Assembly (NCBI GenBank): GCA_028534125.1
Contig: CM052817.1
Location: forward strand, 5,272,001 to 5,336,000
DNA from: Lama glama
Taxonomy: Eukaryota
Direction of reading: 5' to 3'
DNA: 64,000 nucleotides
In this document: piece after piece, positions 49,233 to 61,310 of the stretch
Position numbering within the stretch: position 1 is the first letter of the stretch
Layout of the letters: every line of letters starts with the position of its first letter
The notes under the pieces: model-generated
Databases searched by the model: none
Seen by the model: only the letters and a program-made list of their open reading frames with translations
Told to the model about the DNA's origin: nothing
Program-made: the position numbers and the translations under genes

Positions 49233-51056
49233 AGCAAATCATAGTCAAACAACTGAAAACTAACAGCAAAGAGATTACTCTTGAAAGATACTTTTTATCT
49301 TTAAAAGAGCAACAATAAGACTGACAACAGACTTCTCAACAGAAATGATAGAAGCCAGGCAATGGAATGGCATCTTTTAATAGCCAACTAGAATTCCATA
49401 CCCAGTGAAAATACTATTTCTTTAATGAAAGTAAAATAAAGATATTTTAGACAAATAAAAACTTAGAAAGTTTTTTGCCAGAAGAGAAACACTAAAAAAA
49501 ATATTAAAGGAAAATAATCTGAAATAGAAGCACAAATAAGGTAGGAAGAAATGAGGAGCAATGGGAATGGTAAATATATTGGTAAATATAAGTAAATACT
49601 GACTATTGAAAACAAAAATAACGATGTACTTGGGGAATTAATATCTATGAAGAATTAAATACAGGACAGATAGCACACAGGCAGAAAAGGATGAACAGGC
49701 TGAAAGTGTTGCCTTATGTAGGAAATAAAAATGCAAAAGTATTACCTAGGAAATGATGACATCCAAAGTAGATGCAGTAGGTCAAGGGTGACCTTTTCTC
49801 TAGGGTAACGAGTACAGGAATAATAATAGAATGTATGATGAACAAGTTAGCAGAGCAGAGAAAATTAAACACAAATCAAAAATGCTTTATTAATGCAAAA
49901 ATTGTCAGATACCTAAAAAAGGAAAACTCAATTATATTGTGATTATAAGAAACAGGTAGCTTAAATATAAGGAGTCTGAAAAATTGAAATGAGAAGGATT
50001 GAAATAAGAGGTTGATTAAGTATGTTAACAATAAAATCATTGCTATTAGCTATATTAACATAAAGACATAGAGATAGCTGTATGTCTTTAGCAACATATA
50101 GTTAAAGAGATAATATATTCTTTAAGGCAAGATTTACTACCAGAGATATTTCATAATATCAAAAAGTCCAATTTAACAAAGCAATATACAAAATCTGTAT
50201 TTACACATAGTTAATAACATAGCCTCAAGATAATAAAACATAAACTGAGAGAAAAGGAGAAATAATCAAATCCATAATGATAGTGGAGATGTTAACATAG
50301 CTCATTCAGTTATTGGAAAAAAGAATAGACAAAGATTCAGTAGATATAGAAGACTTGAACAATGTAATTAATAAACCTGAGCCAACAAAAATATATAGAG
50401 CACTGTAACCAACAAATTCTGGGTATATATTCTTTTCAAGAGCACATAGAATGTTTACAGAAATGAACCACATGCTGTGCAATAAAGCAAGCCTCAACAA
50501 ATTTGAAAGGATTATCATCGTACAGATATATTCTCTGACTATAATGAAATAAGCTAGAAATCCATAACAACATAACTAGGAAACCCCTAAATGTCTGGAA
50601 ATTAAGATATAGACTTCTATAACTACCCCTGGTTGCTCATTGCTCCTGGGGGACCATTAGGGGTCTCCTCTGGTTCCTTCTTCTGACACCAGACCTAGTA
50701 ATAGACAAACTGACATTTTAAGAGTTTATTGGAGCAAAAATCAATTTGAATCAGGTAGGGCCAAACCAGAAGTGTTTAGGAGTGCTCCTGCTATCAGGTG
50801 TCATATTTAAGTCTTTAGTCCTTTTCAAGTTAATTTTTGTGAGTGGTGTAAGATAGGGGTCCAGTAAAAGAAGATATAGCCCTTTAAATAATTAATGGGA
50901 CACAAAATGGAAATGCTAAAATATTTTTAGCTAAAAGGTAAGGAAAAATGATATTAAAAACTTGTAGGATGCAATGAACACAGAGTTTACAAGGAAACAT
51001 AAACTTAAATATAAATATTAGAAAAGAAAAAACCCCCAAAAATCACTTATGTAAAC

Positions 51057-51261
51057 CAGGAGTTAGCAAACTACAGACCATCAGCCAAATCTAAGCCATC
51101 ACCTGGTTTTATACAGTTTTATTGGAACAGAGCTGCACCCATTTGTTACTATATTATCCACAGGAGCTTCTTACTAGAACTCCAGAACTGAATGACTGTA
51201 CAGCCTGCAAAGCCTGAAATATTTACTATCTGGCTTTTACTTAAAAATTTGCTGACCTATG
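51057..51261. mobile_element. MER58A-like hAT-Charlie element
   Basis: Terminal inverted repeats CAGGAGTTAGCAAAC...TTTGCTGACCTATG; internal GTTTTATTGGAACA and AAAGCCTGAAATATTTACTATCTGGC. Confidence 0.85.
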
Positions 51262-52149
51262 ATCTATGTTTCATTAAGGGAAAAACAGCTCCATCTCTTT
51301 AAAATGGGGGAAAGACTTGAATAGCCATTTAAGAAGACATCCAAATGGCCAGCATACCTATGAATAACTACTAAACATCATGAATCATTAAGAAAATACA
51401 ATTAAAACCATGAGTTTCCACAATATATCCACCAGAATGGCTAAAATGTAAAAAGGGATAATGCCAAGTGTTGACGAGAATCAGTGGAGCAGTTGAAATT
51501 CTCTCATACAGCTGGAGGCAGTATAAATTGGTACCAAACCTTTGGGAACGTGTTTGGTATAACCTACAAAATCATACTCTGAGATGCAGCAATTCCACTC
51601 CTGGGTATCTACCCAACAGAAATGTGTGTATAAATGCACCAGTAGATACCTGTCACCATTATTTATAGCAGCGTTCATCACAGTAGCCAAAAACTGGAAA
51701 TAAACTACATGTCCTTCAGCTGGAGAAGCGATAAACAAGTGGTGGCTTATTTACGCAATAGAATACAACACAGCAAGTAGAAAAAGCAGCTACACACAGC
51801 TACATGGATGAGTCTCACAGACGCGACGGGGAGTGAAGCAAGCCAGGCACAAAAGAGAACACGCTGTGTGTTTTCATTTATACGAAACCCAAAAGCAAGC
51901 AAGAGTAATCTATGGTGACAGAAATCTAAATAGCAGTTCCCTCTGGTCAGGGATAATGATTGGGACCAGGCGTGAGAAAGACTTCCAGGCATGAGTCATG
52001 CTCTGTATCTTGATCTGAATGGTGGTTCCCAGGGAGTATCCTTCATTTTGTAAAAATTTTTAGGGCCATGCACTTAAGATTTGTGAAAACTGCTGGATAT
52101 ATATTTTAATTCCACAAAAAGTCGGCCCCCCAAAAGCAGAAATTTAATT

Positions 52150-52820
52150 CCTGGACAGTTAGAGTGGTGCTTAAGGAGGCAGATCTGGGGTTAGACAGCC
52201 CTGAGTTCAAGTCTTTGCTTAACTACTTACGACCTGTGTATCCTCAGACTATTTAGCCTCTCTGTTCCTCAGTTTACTGATCTGTAAAATAGAGACAAAA
52301 GTGGTATTTAAGCCTAAGGTTGCTTTGAGGACTCATGAGTTGATCCATGAAAAGTTTTTTTTTTTATTTTTATTGAAGTACAGTTGATTTACAATGTTAG
52401 TTTCAGGTGTACAGAAAAGCGGTTCAATTATACATATACATATATATATGTTTTCTTTTCAGATCCTTTTCCATTATATTTTATTACAAGAAATTGAATA
52501 TAGTTTCCTGTGCTGTACAGTAGGTCCTTATTATTTATCCATTTTATGTATAATAGTGTATATATGTTAATCCCAGACCCCTAATTTATCCCTCTCTGCC
52601 CTTTCCCCTTTGGTAACCAGAGTTTGTTTTCTATGCCCATGAGTCTGTTTTGTTTTGCTTTTTTAATGGAGGTACTAGGGATTGACCCCAGGACCGTGTG
52701 CATGCTAAGCGTGTACTCTATTACTGAGCTATACCCCCAACCCCCAAAGTTTTTACAATAGTGCCAAATAAATAGTAAAAATCTCAATAATTGATGCTCC
52801 TTTTTGGTTGTTATTATTAT
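52150..52820 (+). mobile_element. MIR SINE split by a younger insertion
   Basis: CTCTGTTCCTCAGTTTACTGATCTGTAAAAT..TGAGGACTCATGAG | TTTACAATAGTGCC..ATAGTAAAAATCTCAATAA; colinear across 52360-52745. Confidence 0.8.
52360..52745 (-). mobile_element. Chimeric retroposon: tRNA-Ala head joined to L1 3' UTR and poly(A)
   Basis: 72-nt tRNA-Ala-like head at 52667-52738, about 300 bp of L1 3' end at 52360-52656, same orientation, one TSD AAAGTTTTT (52351-52359 and 52746-52754). Confidence 0.85.
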
Positions 52821-52869
52821 TTTTGCAACCAACCTGGAGGGCTGCACAAAGCTGGAGTAAAAAGCAAAG

Positions 52870-53350
52870 ACTTTACACTCTTGGGCATCTGTCCTAGAAA
52901 CATGAAAACTTGTGTTCACACCAACACCGGTACGCAAATGATCATTGCAGCTTTACTCACAATAGACAGAAGCTGGAAACCCAAATGTCTTACAGTGGGT
53001 GAATGGTTCCAAACCATGGAAAACCCATCAGCAATGAGAAGGAACAAACCATTGCACCATGAAACAACTTAGGTGATCCTCAAGGGAATTATGCTGGGTG
53101 AAAAAAAGTCAACCCTAAAATCATATAAATATGTGCTTCCATTTATAAAACATTCTTGAAATCACAAAATTATAGAGCTGGAGAACAGATTTCGTGCTTG
53201 CAGGGGTTAGGGATTCGGGGTAGGGGAATAGTAGGTGTGGTTTGTATATGGGTGACACGAAGGGTCCTTGTGCTCGTGGTGCTGTTTGGTATCTTGACTG
53301 TGGTATTAAATGCATGGACCTACAAATACGCTAAAATTGCACAGAACTAA

Positions 53351-53384
<34 letters not shown>

Positions 53385-53570
53385 ACACACCTAAGTACAC
53401 ATAAAACAGAAAATCTGAATAAGGTGGGTGGATTGCATCAATGTCAGTCTCCCGATTGCGATAGTGTAGGATGGCTTTGCAAGATGTTGTAATTGGGGGA
53501 TGCTGGATAGAGGGTGCCCGAGCTCTCTCACTATTACTTCTTACCAATGCACGTGAATCTACAATGATCT
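52870..53570 (+). mobile_element. L1MC/MD-like 3' fragment with internal (TG)n
   Basis: CTCTTGGGCATCTGTCCTAGAAACATGAAAACT, CTCAAGGGAATTATGCTG, GCACGTGAATCTACAATGATCT; (TG)n at about 53353-53382. Confidence 0.8.
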
Positions 53571-54419
53571 TTGATGTCGATCAGCCAAGGTTTGATGTCC
53601 TGACTCCATCACTGACCAGCTGGGGACTTTGGGCAGGCAAACTCCCTAAATCCTCAGTTGCCCCACCCACTAAATGGAGGCAGTCATAGTTCCTACTCCC
53701 TAGGGTTGTGGTAAGGATGGGGTCACTGAGCATAGTGTCTTGAAATACATAAGTCCTCAACAGATGCCACCTTAAGGAAAATTAACACTGTTACCAATAA
53801 GAAATGAGATGAAGTGATTTGCCCCATGTTGCCCTGAAATGAGCCAAGATTCCAAGCCCCAAGGCTGCTTTCTACTTGATCAGAAGGGAGAGGATCAAAA
53901 GTGGGAAATCTGGGGGCGGATGCACTGGGTTTCTCCGCCTGACTTTGTGTATGAGTGTCTTGGGGGAGGGGAGAATTAGGACCGGGGAAGAGGTGCATTA
54001 GGAGACAAAGGAGGAAGGGGTCAGAGAGCAGACACCAAAAAAATGTGCAGAAAATCAAAGGGCCGCTGGGAAACAATAGTTTAGGGGGCCATTGTGCTCT
54101 CGCCCAGATCCTCTGGCTCAGTCTGAATAGATTCCCCAGCCACGTCCTCCTCTCCCACCAGGGTGCATGGAGAGGTCAGCTGGGTTCAAGGATGTGACAG
54201 CTGCTCTGGACAGCGAAACGCACTGTATAAATGTTTGTTGTTGATGGTGATGACAATTTTTGTAACTGCTGGTTGAAAGGACCCCCTGGTATCATTTCAC
54301 AGTCTGCACTGCCCTAGCTGGCCTAAATCCATGCAAATCTTTGTCATTCTCCATGTGCCTGAAGCCAGGGCTCAAGGTCAGGACTTTAAGAGCCAGAGTG
54401 ACCTCAGAAGCCCTCTAGG

Positions 54420-54570
54420 TCCTTGCCAGTCGAAGTTGGTCCAGAGACTGGCAGGAGCAATGGCATCACCTGGGAGTTTGTTAGACTCTGTCCCCACTCC
54501 TGACCCCAGAATCAGACTACATTTTAACAGCATTCTTGGGTGATGTGCTAGAAAGGCACTGCTCTAGTCC
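54420..54570. mobile_element. MER5-like DNA transposon fragment
   Basis: GGCATCACCTGGGAGTTTGTTAGA..AGAATCAGACTACATTTTAACAG..GGGTGAT..GCACTGCTCTAG. Confidence 0.65.
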
Positions 54571-56399
54571 AGCCTTCTGGCTTATTGCCAAGGAAACAAA
54601 TGCACAGAGAGGGTGAGGGATTGCTCCAAATCACAAAGCATGTTTGCACTGGAGCCAGAACCGGGCTCCGGGGCTCCCAGACGGCTGACTTTAGCCAGAA
54701 GCTTTTGTTTAAATGGATTGAAGAGGAATGGAGGCTGAGCTTCCTTAGTAAGGAGGGAAGTTCTCTGTCTTCTCTCCTGAAAGTTGTCCTGGTAGGAAAG
54801 CAAGCCCCTGGTTGACCTCACTCAGCTTGTGGTTTGGGTACAGGTAACAAGAAAGTCCATCTAGTTTGCAAACATAGAAAATCCTCTCTTTCAAGGAAGA
54901 TGGTGCAGAAACATCACAGGAGCTGGATTATTTTCGAGATAGACCACTTCCTCTTTTTGTGCCTCGGTATCCTCATCTGGAAAAGGCGCTCTTCCCTGAC
55001 AACCATGCATTAAGCACCTGAACCCGCCAAGCCTGGCGCCCAGTCCTCAGTAAAGATTCACAGGTGCTTACAGCCTGGTGGTCACGCATGTCACAAGACA
55101 CAGGAAGGCTATGTAGTATCTGCTCAAGATTCAAGGGAAAGTAGGGGGCAGTGGAGAGATCGCACCCAGAAAAAACGCAGGGAATGGCAAGCCATTACTG
55201 CTGGAAACATTTATTGGACCCCATTTGCCAAAGCCAACCTTTGGCGTCTTCCCTTCCCATAATGCTCATTCAGGTGAAACCAAAATGTTTCTTCCATGAA
55301 CCATATCAGTTGAAGAATGGTAGTGCTGGAAGAGGCATCATGTTAGAAGCCTCCTGGTCCATCTCCATCTCCCAGAAGCGGAAACTGAGACCCAGAGAGG
55401 GGCAGAGGGCTCCCTGGGGACACACAGCATTAGTGGTAGCACCAGGACTCTCCACCCCTTTTCTGGTACACTTTCCATCTCACCTCCTTCCCCCAACTTT
55501 CAAATCAATATTGACAAGCGTCCTCCCTCTATAGGCAGCAGGAGGGTGATTGAGATTTGGTTACAGTTGGTTCCTGCTCTGGGGAAGCTCACAACTTAGC
55601 ACAGGCTTAGCCAGAGGAGATTCTGCTCACTTAAATGTCGCAACACTAGAAGGATGGGAGGGGTCCCCTACCCCCGCCCCCAGTATGGGGGCGGGACGGG
55701 AGTGGGCGGGGCCCCAAGAGGGTGGGACCATTCTAGGGGTTGGGTACACTGGGGAAGTGTCTGCAACTCACAAGATGCAAGGAGGGCTTTCCAACAAAAA
55801 TCTTGGAGCCTGGAAAAGTAATTTTTGGCTCCACCGTGAGAAAAGCAACTGCGAAGTCAAAACTAATAAATGTTTAATTAAATGTCTACAGAAGGTAGCA
55901 CCGTGTCAACATCATTAACTCGCTAAATTAATTATTCCTAAAAATTTCATCACATGTGAAAACGATTTAGATTCTCTCACTTTGCAAGAATTTCCCAGTT
56001 CACCCAATCAGTCCTAAGAAATTGCAGCCATTATAAATTAGGGCCTTGTAACCAAGTAAGGCGAAATTAAAGTTATGAAAAAAATCCTTTCAAACATTGT
56101 ATCGTATAAAAGCTATATGTAATGTGTAGGGTGTTGCTTTTTAAGCGTTTGCTATGATGAGAGCTGGGACCTCCAAAACAGAGGTACCTAAGGTCCTGCA
56201 AGTTACCAGAACTTGGTATGTTAACTAGCTCAGGGCTGGTGTTAGACTAGCCTGCCAGAAAGCCTTGGGGAAGTCACTCAGCAACTCTGAGCTTCGGTTT
56301 TTCCCTTTCTGAAATCTCCAGGGGAGTCAGTAACCCCAGCGGCGGAGACTGTTGGGGGAATCCAGACCAGACAGTAAAGAGGGTACCAGCTAGACACTA

Positions 56400-56609
56400 C
56401 ATCCTTCACTTGCCTGGAACGCAAAATCTAAACGGGCGCCAAAAATCTCGGTAGCCAAGATAAATAATATTTCGATGCAGGAGATTTTTAAAAAAGCAAA
56501 ATAAATGCACATACAAAAAAAAAGGCAGATGAACAAAAATACCAAATATGAAAACACGGTCTGTCGGGGACTCGGGCCAACCAGTCTGGCGGCACCACGT
56601 CTAGCCCTG
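56400..56609. mobile_element. hAT DNA transposon fragment (MER96B-like)
   Basis: GCAAAATCTAAACGGGCGCCAAAAATCTCGGTAGCCAAGATAAATAATATTT..GATGAACAAAA; ends in the TIR-like AGCCCTG. Confidence 0.55.
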
Positions 56610-56829
56610 CAATCTGGTGCCTCATGCCTCGGTTCCTTTAGCTGTAGAATGGGGCTAACCATCCTCCTAACTCGAGGAATTTTCGGGAGGAGGAAATGGG
56701 TTAATAGATTGCATATATTGCATTGGATTTAAAAGCGTGCCTAGCAGGTAGACGCTTCAAGTCCTTACTACTACGGTGCAAAGAAAGCATTGCACTCAGT
56801 GGGAACTTCACCCATGGTAGGAGCACCCC

Positions 56830-57360
56830 AGGTCGCGCTGTCACCAAAATTCCGTTCGGGCCAGGGCCGGGCAGAGGCGCGCTCTTGTTGCGGTTGGAGG
56901 GGCCCGCGCTGCGGCTTCGGCCCCCGGGAGGCCCTGGCGGGGCTCGAGGTCGCGGAGCCGGGCCGGGGCGCGCGGGGCAGGCGCGGCCACCCGCTGACCC
57001 CGCCGCGCTCCGTCTCCGCCTTTGTCCGGCTCCGCGCTGCCGGCCGCGCGCTCCTCCCCGCGTCGAGGCGGCCGAGCGCCCTTTGTCCGCCCCGCGGCGT
57101 CTCGGGGCGGCGCTGACACTTGATCCCGCGGCCCAGCCAGCCCCTCATCAGGCCCGGCCGCACTTCAAAGTGTGCGCGACCGTCCAGCTCCGAAGGCCAT
57201 CCCGGTGGGGCTGCGCCCGCCGAGCGACGGGGCCAGACAGTGCGAGAGGGCGCGGTGGCCGTCCCTGCCCCGCCGCGCCGGGGACTTCGGGGGGGCGCGG
57301 GCGTCGGGGCTCCCGGGTGAACATCGGTTCCTTTGGTGGGAGGTGGGGTGGCGCCAGTAA
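56830..57360. promoter_or_regulatory. CpG island (no associated coding exon seen)
   Basis: Very high GC and dense CpG over about 500 bp; CCTTTGTCC at 57019 and 57080; ACTTCAAAG at 57162. Confidence 0.85.
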
Positions 57361-58004
57361 TGAAACGCCTTTTGTCCATTTCAGACTCCAGCAGAGTGCG
57401 TAATTATCTTCAAGGTTTTCTTCTTGTAAATAAAACAGCCCCCTACCTCGCCTTTGGCCATTTCTGAGACCAAAGGAATCCCTGAGACTGACCGGAAGAG
57501 TTACACGCTGGGGGTAAATGACCGCACAAACGTTTGCCTGGGCCTCGCTGGATTGGCAGGGAAGCTCATAGTTTTAGGACAGATGGGGGGTGTGTGGCGG
57601 GGGCGGGGGGGGGAGAGGTTTGGGGGCACTGGGAGGTGGTTGTTCTCCAATGGAGACATGATGGGGGCGGAGAGACATAGGTTCCAAGCCAGCACACACA
57701 CACACTTCACCTGTTCCAGTCTTTTCATACCACAGTGAACTTCCTGGCTCCTTGGTCTCCCCATCAACCCACATGCTGTTCCTTCTCACTGAAAGTCTCT
57801 TCCCATCATTTTCTACCTGATGAACTCCTACCTCCCGGAGGTCCTACTCAACTCATCCTCAAGGAGAAGTCTTTTCCCTCCTCAGAGTCTTCTTGGTTTA
57901 GCAGAGGAGATCTGGAACAAGACGGTGGCTGCTTGGAAGCCTGACTGGACCACATACCTCACCCTGGGAGAGAGGCTGGAGCAGGGATAGGTATGGGGTG
58001 GGTG

Positions 58005-59400
58005 AGTCCTGGACCAGTTTTCCCAGATGCTCACCTTGAGGTGAGAATTAGTGGGCAAGGGGTTTATTAAGGAAGTGCTCCTGGGGAAAAGCTGTAGGGG
58101 AGTAAAGGAAGCTGAACTGGGCAGGGGCAGAGGGCAAGCAAGGCTGCCAGGTCAGGCGAAGTCCTGGTCTTAGCCTGACCCCACAGGGAGCTCCTGAGAG
58201 CTAGTTACACCTCCGTAAACTCCTTGACATCAGTCTTGGTGATGATTTTTTAAATCTGACATCGAAAGCAAAAACAACAAAAGCAAACGTAAGTAAGTAG
58301 GACTGCACCAAACTAAAATGCTTTTGCACAGCAAAGGAAGCCATCAACAAAATGAAAAGGCAACCTACTGAATGGGAGAAAATGTTTGCAAATCGTATCC
58401 CTGATAAGGGGGTTAATATCCAAAATACACAAAGAACTCATACAACTCAATAGCAAAAAAACCCCAAACAATCTGATTTTAAAAATGAGTAGATGATCTG
58501 AATTTTTCCAAAAAAGACATACAGAAAGTCAGTAAATTCATGAAAGGCTGCTCCACACCACTAATCATTAGGGACATGCAGATGGAAACCACAGTGAAAT
58601 GTCACCTCACACCTGTCAGAATGGCTATTAGCAAAAAGACAAGCAGTAACAAGTGTTGGCGAGGATGTGGAGAAAAGGGAACCCTTGTGCATTGTTGGTG
58701 ATGCTAACTGGTGCAGCCACTGTGGAAAGCAGTAGGGAGATTCTTCAAAAAATTAAAGCTAGAACTATCATACAATCCAGCAATTCCAGTCCTGGGTATT
58801 TGTCTGAAGAAAATGAACACGCTAATTCAAAAAGATATCTGCACCCCCATGTTCACTGCAGCACAATTTACAATAGCCAAGACATGGAAGACAACCTAAG
58901 TGTCCACTGATGGATGTGTGGATAAAGAAGATGCGGTATATACATGCAATGGAATATTATTCAACCATAAAAAGAATGAAATATGGCATTTGTGACAGCA
59001 TGAATGGAGCTTGAGGGCATAATGCTAAGTGAAATAAGTCAGACAGAGAGACAAATACTCCCTGATCTTATACGTGGAATCTAAAATACATAAACAAATA
59101 AACCCAGCTCAGAAAAAAGAAAAACAATTAAATAAATAAACAAATTACACCTCCCAATTTATTCTGCTGGCAAAGCAAGGAACGTAGACTCTCCCACCTG
59201 TCAGTCTTTGGTTACTGAGAGTAAGGGGTGGGGGGAGGCAGGGCTGGGAGAGGCACACACGTAGGGGAACTGTTTGTATGCCATCACTGCCAGTGCAGAA
59301 GAAGCGGCTCCAGCAGCCCAGGGCAGGCCCCTGAAGAAGGCTGCAGGTGTGCGTCTTTAAGAGCTGAGAACACAGAAGCTTGGGGGATGAGTGGGCAGAG
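58005..59400 (-). mobile_element. Old ERVL LTR (LTR16/33-like) split by an L1
   Basis: GGGTTTATTAAGGAAGTGCTC..GGAAGCTGAACTGGGCAG..CCCCACAGGGAGCTC; resumes after 59154; right end approximate. Confidence 0.55.
58215..59142 (+). mobile_element. LINE-1 fragment (ORF2 C-terminus), 5'-truncated, with TSD
   Basis: QPLWKAVGRFFKKLKLELSYNPAIPVLGI..KDICTPMFTAA; TSD TTACACCTCC at 58205-58214 and 59145-59154; A-rich tail 59113-59144. Confidence 0.92.
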
Positions 59401-59919
59401 CCAGTAAAGGGCCTCTGAGTTGTCAGGCAGGTGAGGGGTGGAGGAGGTGGTCCAGGTGCTCAGGGCAGAGCACCAAGGGTGTCCATCTGCTAGAGTAGCT
59501 CGCAATGGATGTGCCACGTCACGGCTCAGAAAACATCTCTTGTTAATCTCATTTGTCTGCCCTACCCAGTAAACAATGGGGGGGGCACCGACAGTGTCTC
59601 ATTCCTCACAGTATTCATAGCACCCACACCGAGCACTCTGTAGACCTCAACAGAATGAACACTGCTCCCAGCTCCAACTCTTACTGCCTTCATGCCCTTG
59701 GCCAGGCACCCCATTTCTGAGCCTCAGTGTCCTTACTCATGTACCCCCAAACAATAGGTACTGAGTGTCTCCTTTCTGCTGGCCTTTTATCTCTTGGCAC
59801 TCAGGATACAGCAGTGCGTGAAGCAAAGACCCCTCCCCATACCAGCCTGAGTTCAAGGGGACGAAGAAAATAAACATCATAAATAAGTGAAATATAGAGT
59901 ATGTTAGAAAGTAGTACCT

Positions 59920-60590
59920 TCAGGATGGCTACCTCAAAAAGACAGACACAAATGAAATAACAGGTGTTAGCAGGGATGTGGGGTAATTGGAACCCTGGTG
60001 CACTGGTAGTAGGAATATAAAATGGTGCAACCACTGTGGAAGACAGTATGGTGGTTCCTCAAAAAGTGAAACATAGGAGTAAATAGCAGTTCCATTTCCG
60101 GATATACACCTAAAAGAATGCAAATATCAAACAGACATTTACATACTCTGTTTGTGGCATTATTCACAACAGCAAAAAGATGGAAGCAACCTAAGTGTCC
60201 ATCAACAGATGAATGGGTATACATGTGGTGGAACATTATTCAGGTTTAAAAAGGAAGGACTTACAGACACACTCACAACATGGATGAGTCTTGAAAACAT
60301 GCTATGGGAAAGAAGCCAGTCACAAGAGGACAAATACTGGATGATTGAACTTACATGACGTAGTGAAATTCCCAGAAACAGAAAGTAGAAGGGCGGCGGC
60401 CAGGGGCTGGTGGGAGGGAAGGGGGGCGGAGAGCGGCTGTTTAGTGGGGCAGAGTTTCTGTTTTGCAAAACGAAGAGATGGATGGTGGCAATGATTGCAC
60501 AACACTGTGAATGTACCTAATGCCACCAAATTGGATGCTTAAAAATAGTTAAAATAATCAATTTTATGTTACATATATTTTACCAGAATT
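59920..60590 (+). mobile_element. L1MB-like 3' fragment inserted in an L2 remnant
   Basis: TGGAACCCTGGTGCACTG, GGAAGCAACCTAAGTGTCCATCAACAGATGAATGG, GTGAATGTACCTAATGCCAC; L2-like sequence on both sides. Confidence 0.88.
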
Positions 60591-60939
60591 TGTCTTAAGA
60601 AAGCAATATACACTATAGAGGAGAAAAAAGAGTAGGAGAGGAACCAGGGAGTCAGGGGGTGGATGGAGATGAGTATGCAATGATAAATACCATGGTCAGG
60701 GTAGGTCTGATTTGAGCAAAGATCTCTTAGCACGTGAAGGATCCGTGTAGGTTCCAGGGGTCAGAGAAACCCAAGGAGAGCCCGTGCAAAGACTCAGAGC
60801 TTGCCCGACGTGGTCACAGGGCAGCAGGGGGGCTGCTGGCACTGTGTGAGTGAAGTGGGGAGCTGGCTTACGGGATGGGGAAACAGTACGACTCTCCTGG
60901 GGTAAGAGGCAGGTGAGGGGTGACATTAAGATGACATTT

Positions 60940-61310
60940 GTGTTGGTCTGGGTGCTACGGTGTTAAACATGCAAAGGTTTTATTTGGGGAAATACCTGTG
61001 AGAGGAAAAAAGGGGAGGCTCAGAGGTTCATCGGACTGCAAGGCAAGTCTGACCCTGGATGAGGAAGCAGGGAGAGAAGGTGAACAACATTCTGTATCCC
61101 AGCGCTGACCATGGCAGGTTCAGCCAGCCCCTCCAAGAGCCCTGGAGCCCAGGTTGGCCCTCAGAGCAGTCCTGTGTCTCCCAGGAAATGGCCTGCCTCA
61201 GTACCCCTGCTGTGTTCAGCCACTAGTGTAGAGCAGGGTGGTCTGGGCACAGAAAGGGTGATGGACTTTAGAGCCCAGCTGATGGACCTTTGTCACTTAT
61301 GCTCCTGTGT
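60940..61310 (-). mobile_element. Old ERVL LTR (LTR16/33-like)
   Basis: TTTATTTGGGGAAATACCTGTGAG, GGCAAGTCTGACCC, CCAGGAAATGGCCTGCCTCAGTACCCCTGCTGTGTTCAG. Confidence 0.55.

Larger units (their letters stand above)
46960..52110 (+). mobile_element. Ancient, highly decayed L1M element (ORF1, endonuclease and 3' remnants) with nested insertions
   Basis: A-rich plus strand; ORF 47774-47995 (QILEFSDIKFKITMINM..KKNPLEILKLK) resembles L1 ORF1; endonuclease-like remnants near 50280 (IVGDxN-like), 50425-50475 (YxFFSxAH..xDH-like) and 50530 (FSDxN-like); 3' region at 51300-52110. Confidence 0.75.

Noticed and set aside
55720..56215. TAAT-rich block that looks like a conserved enhancer
   Set aside because: Its ends resemble decayed hAT-Tip100-type transposon termini, so the AT-rich motifs are probably transposon interior; unresolved without RepeatMasker.
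408..57170. Window-wide enrichment of TCF/LEF sites (408, 6981, 13978, 23638, 38558, 57162)
   Set aside because: About four matches to CTTTGAT[CG] are expected by chance in 64 kb on two strands, so overall enrichment is not demonstrated.
56723..57403. 226-aa (+) and 202-aa (-) ORFs over the CpG island
   Set aside because: Arg/Pro/Gly/Ala-rich products open in several frames on both strands are typical of stop-poor GC-rich DNA; no recognisable domain.
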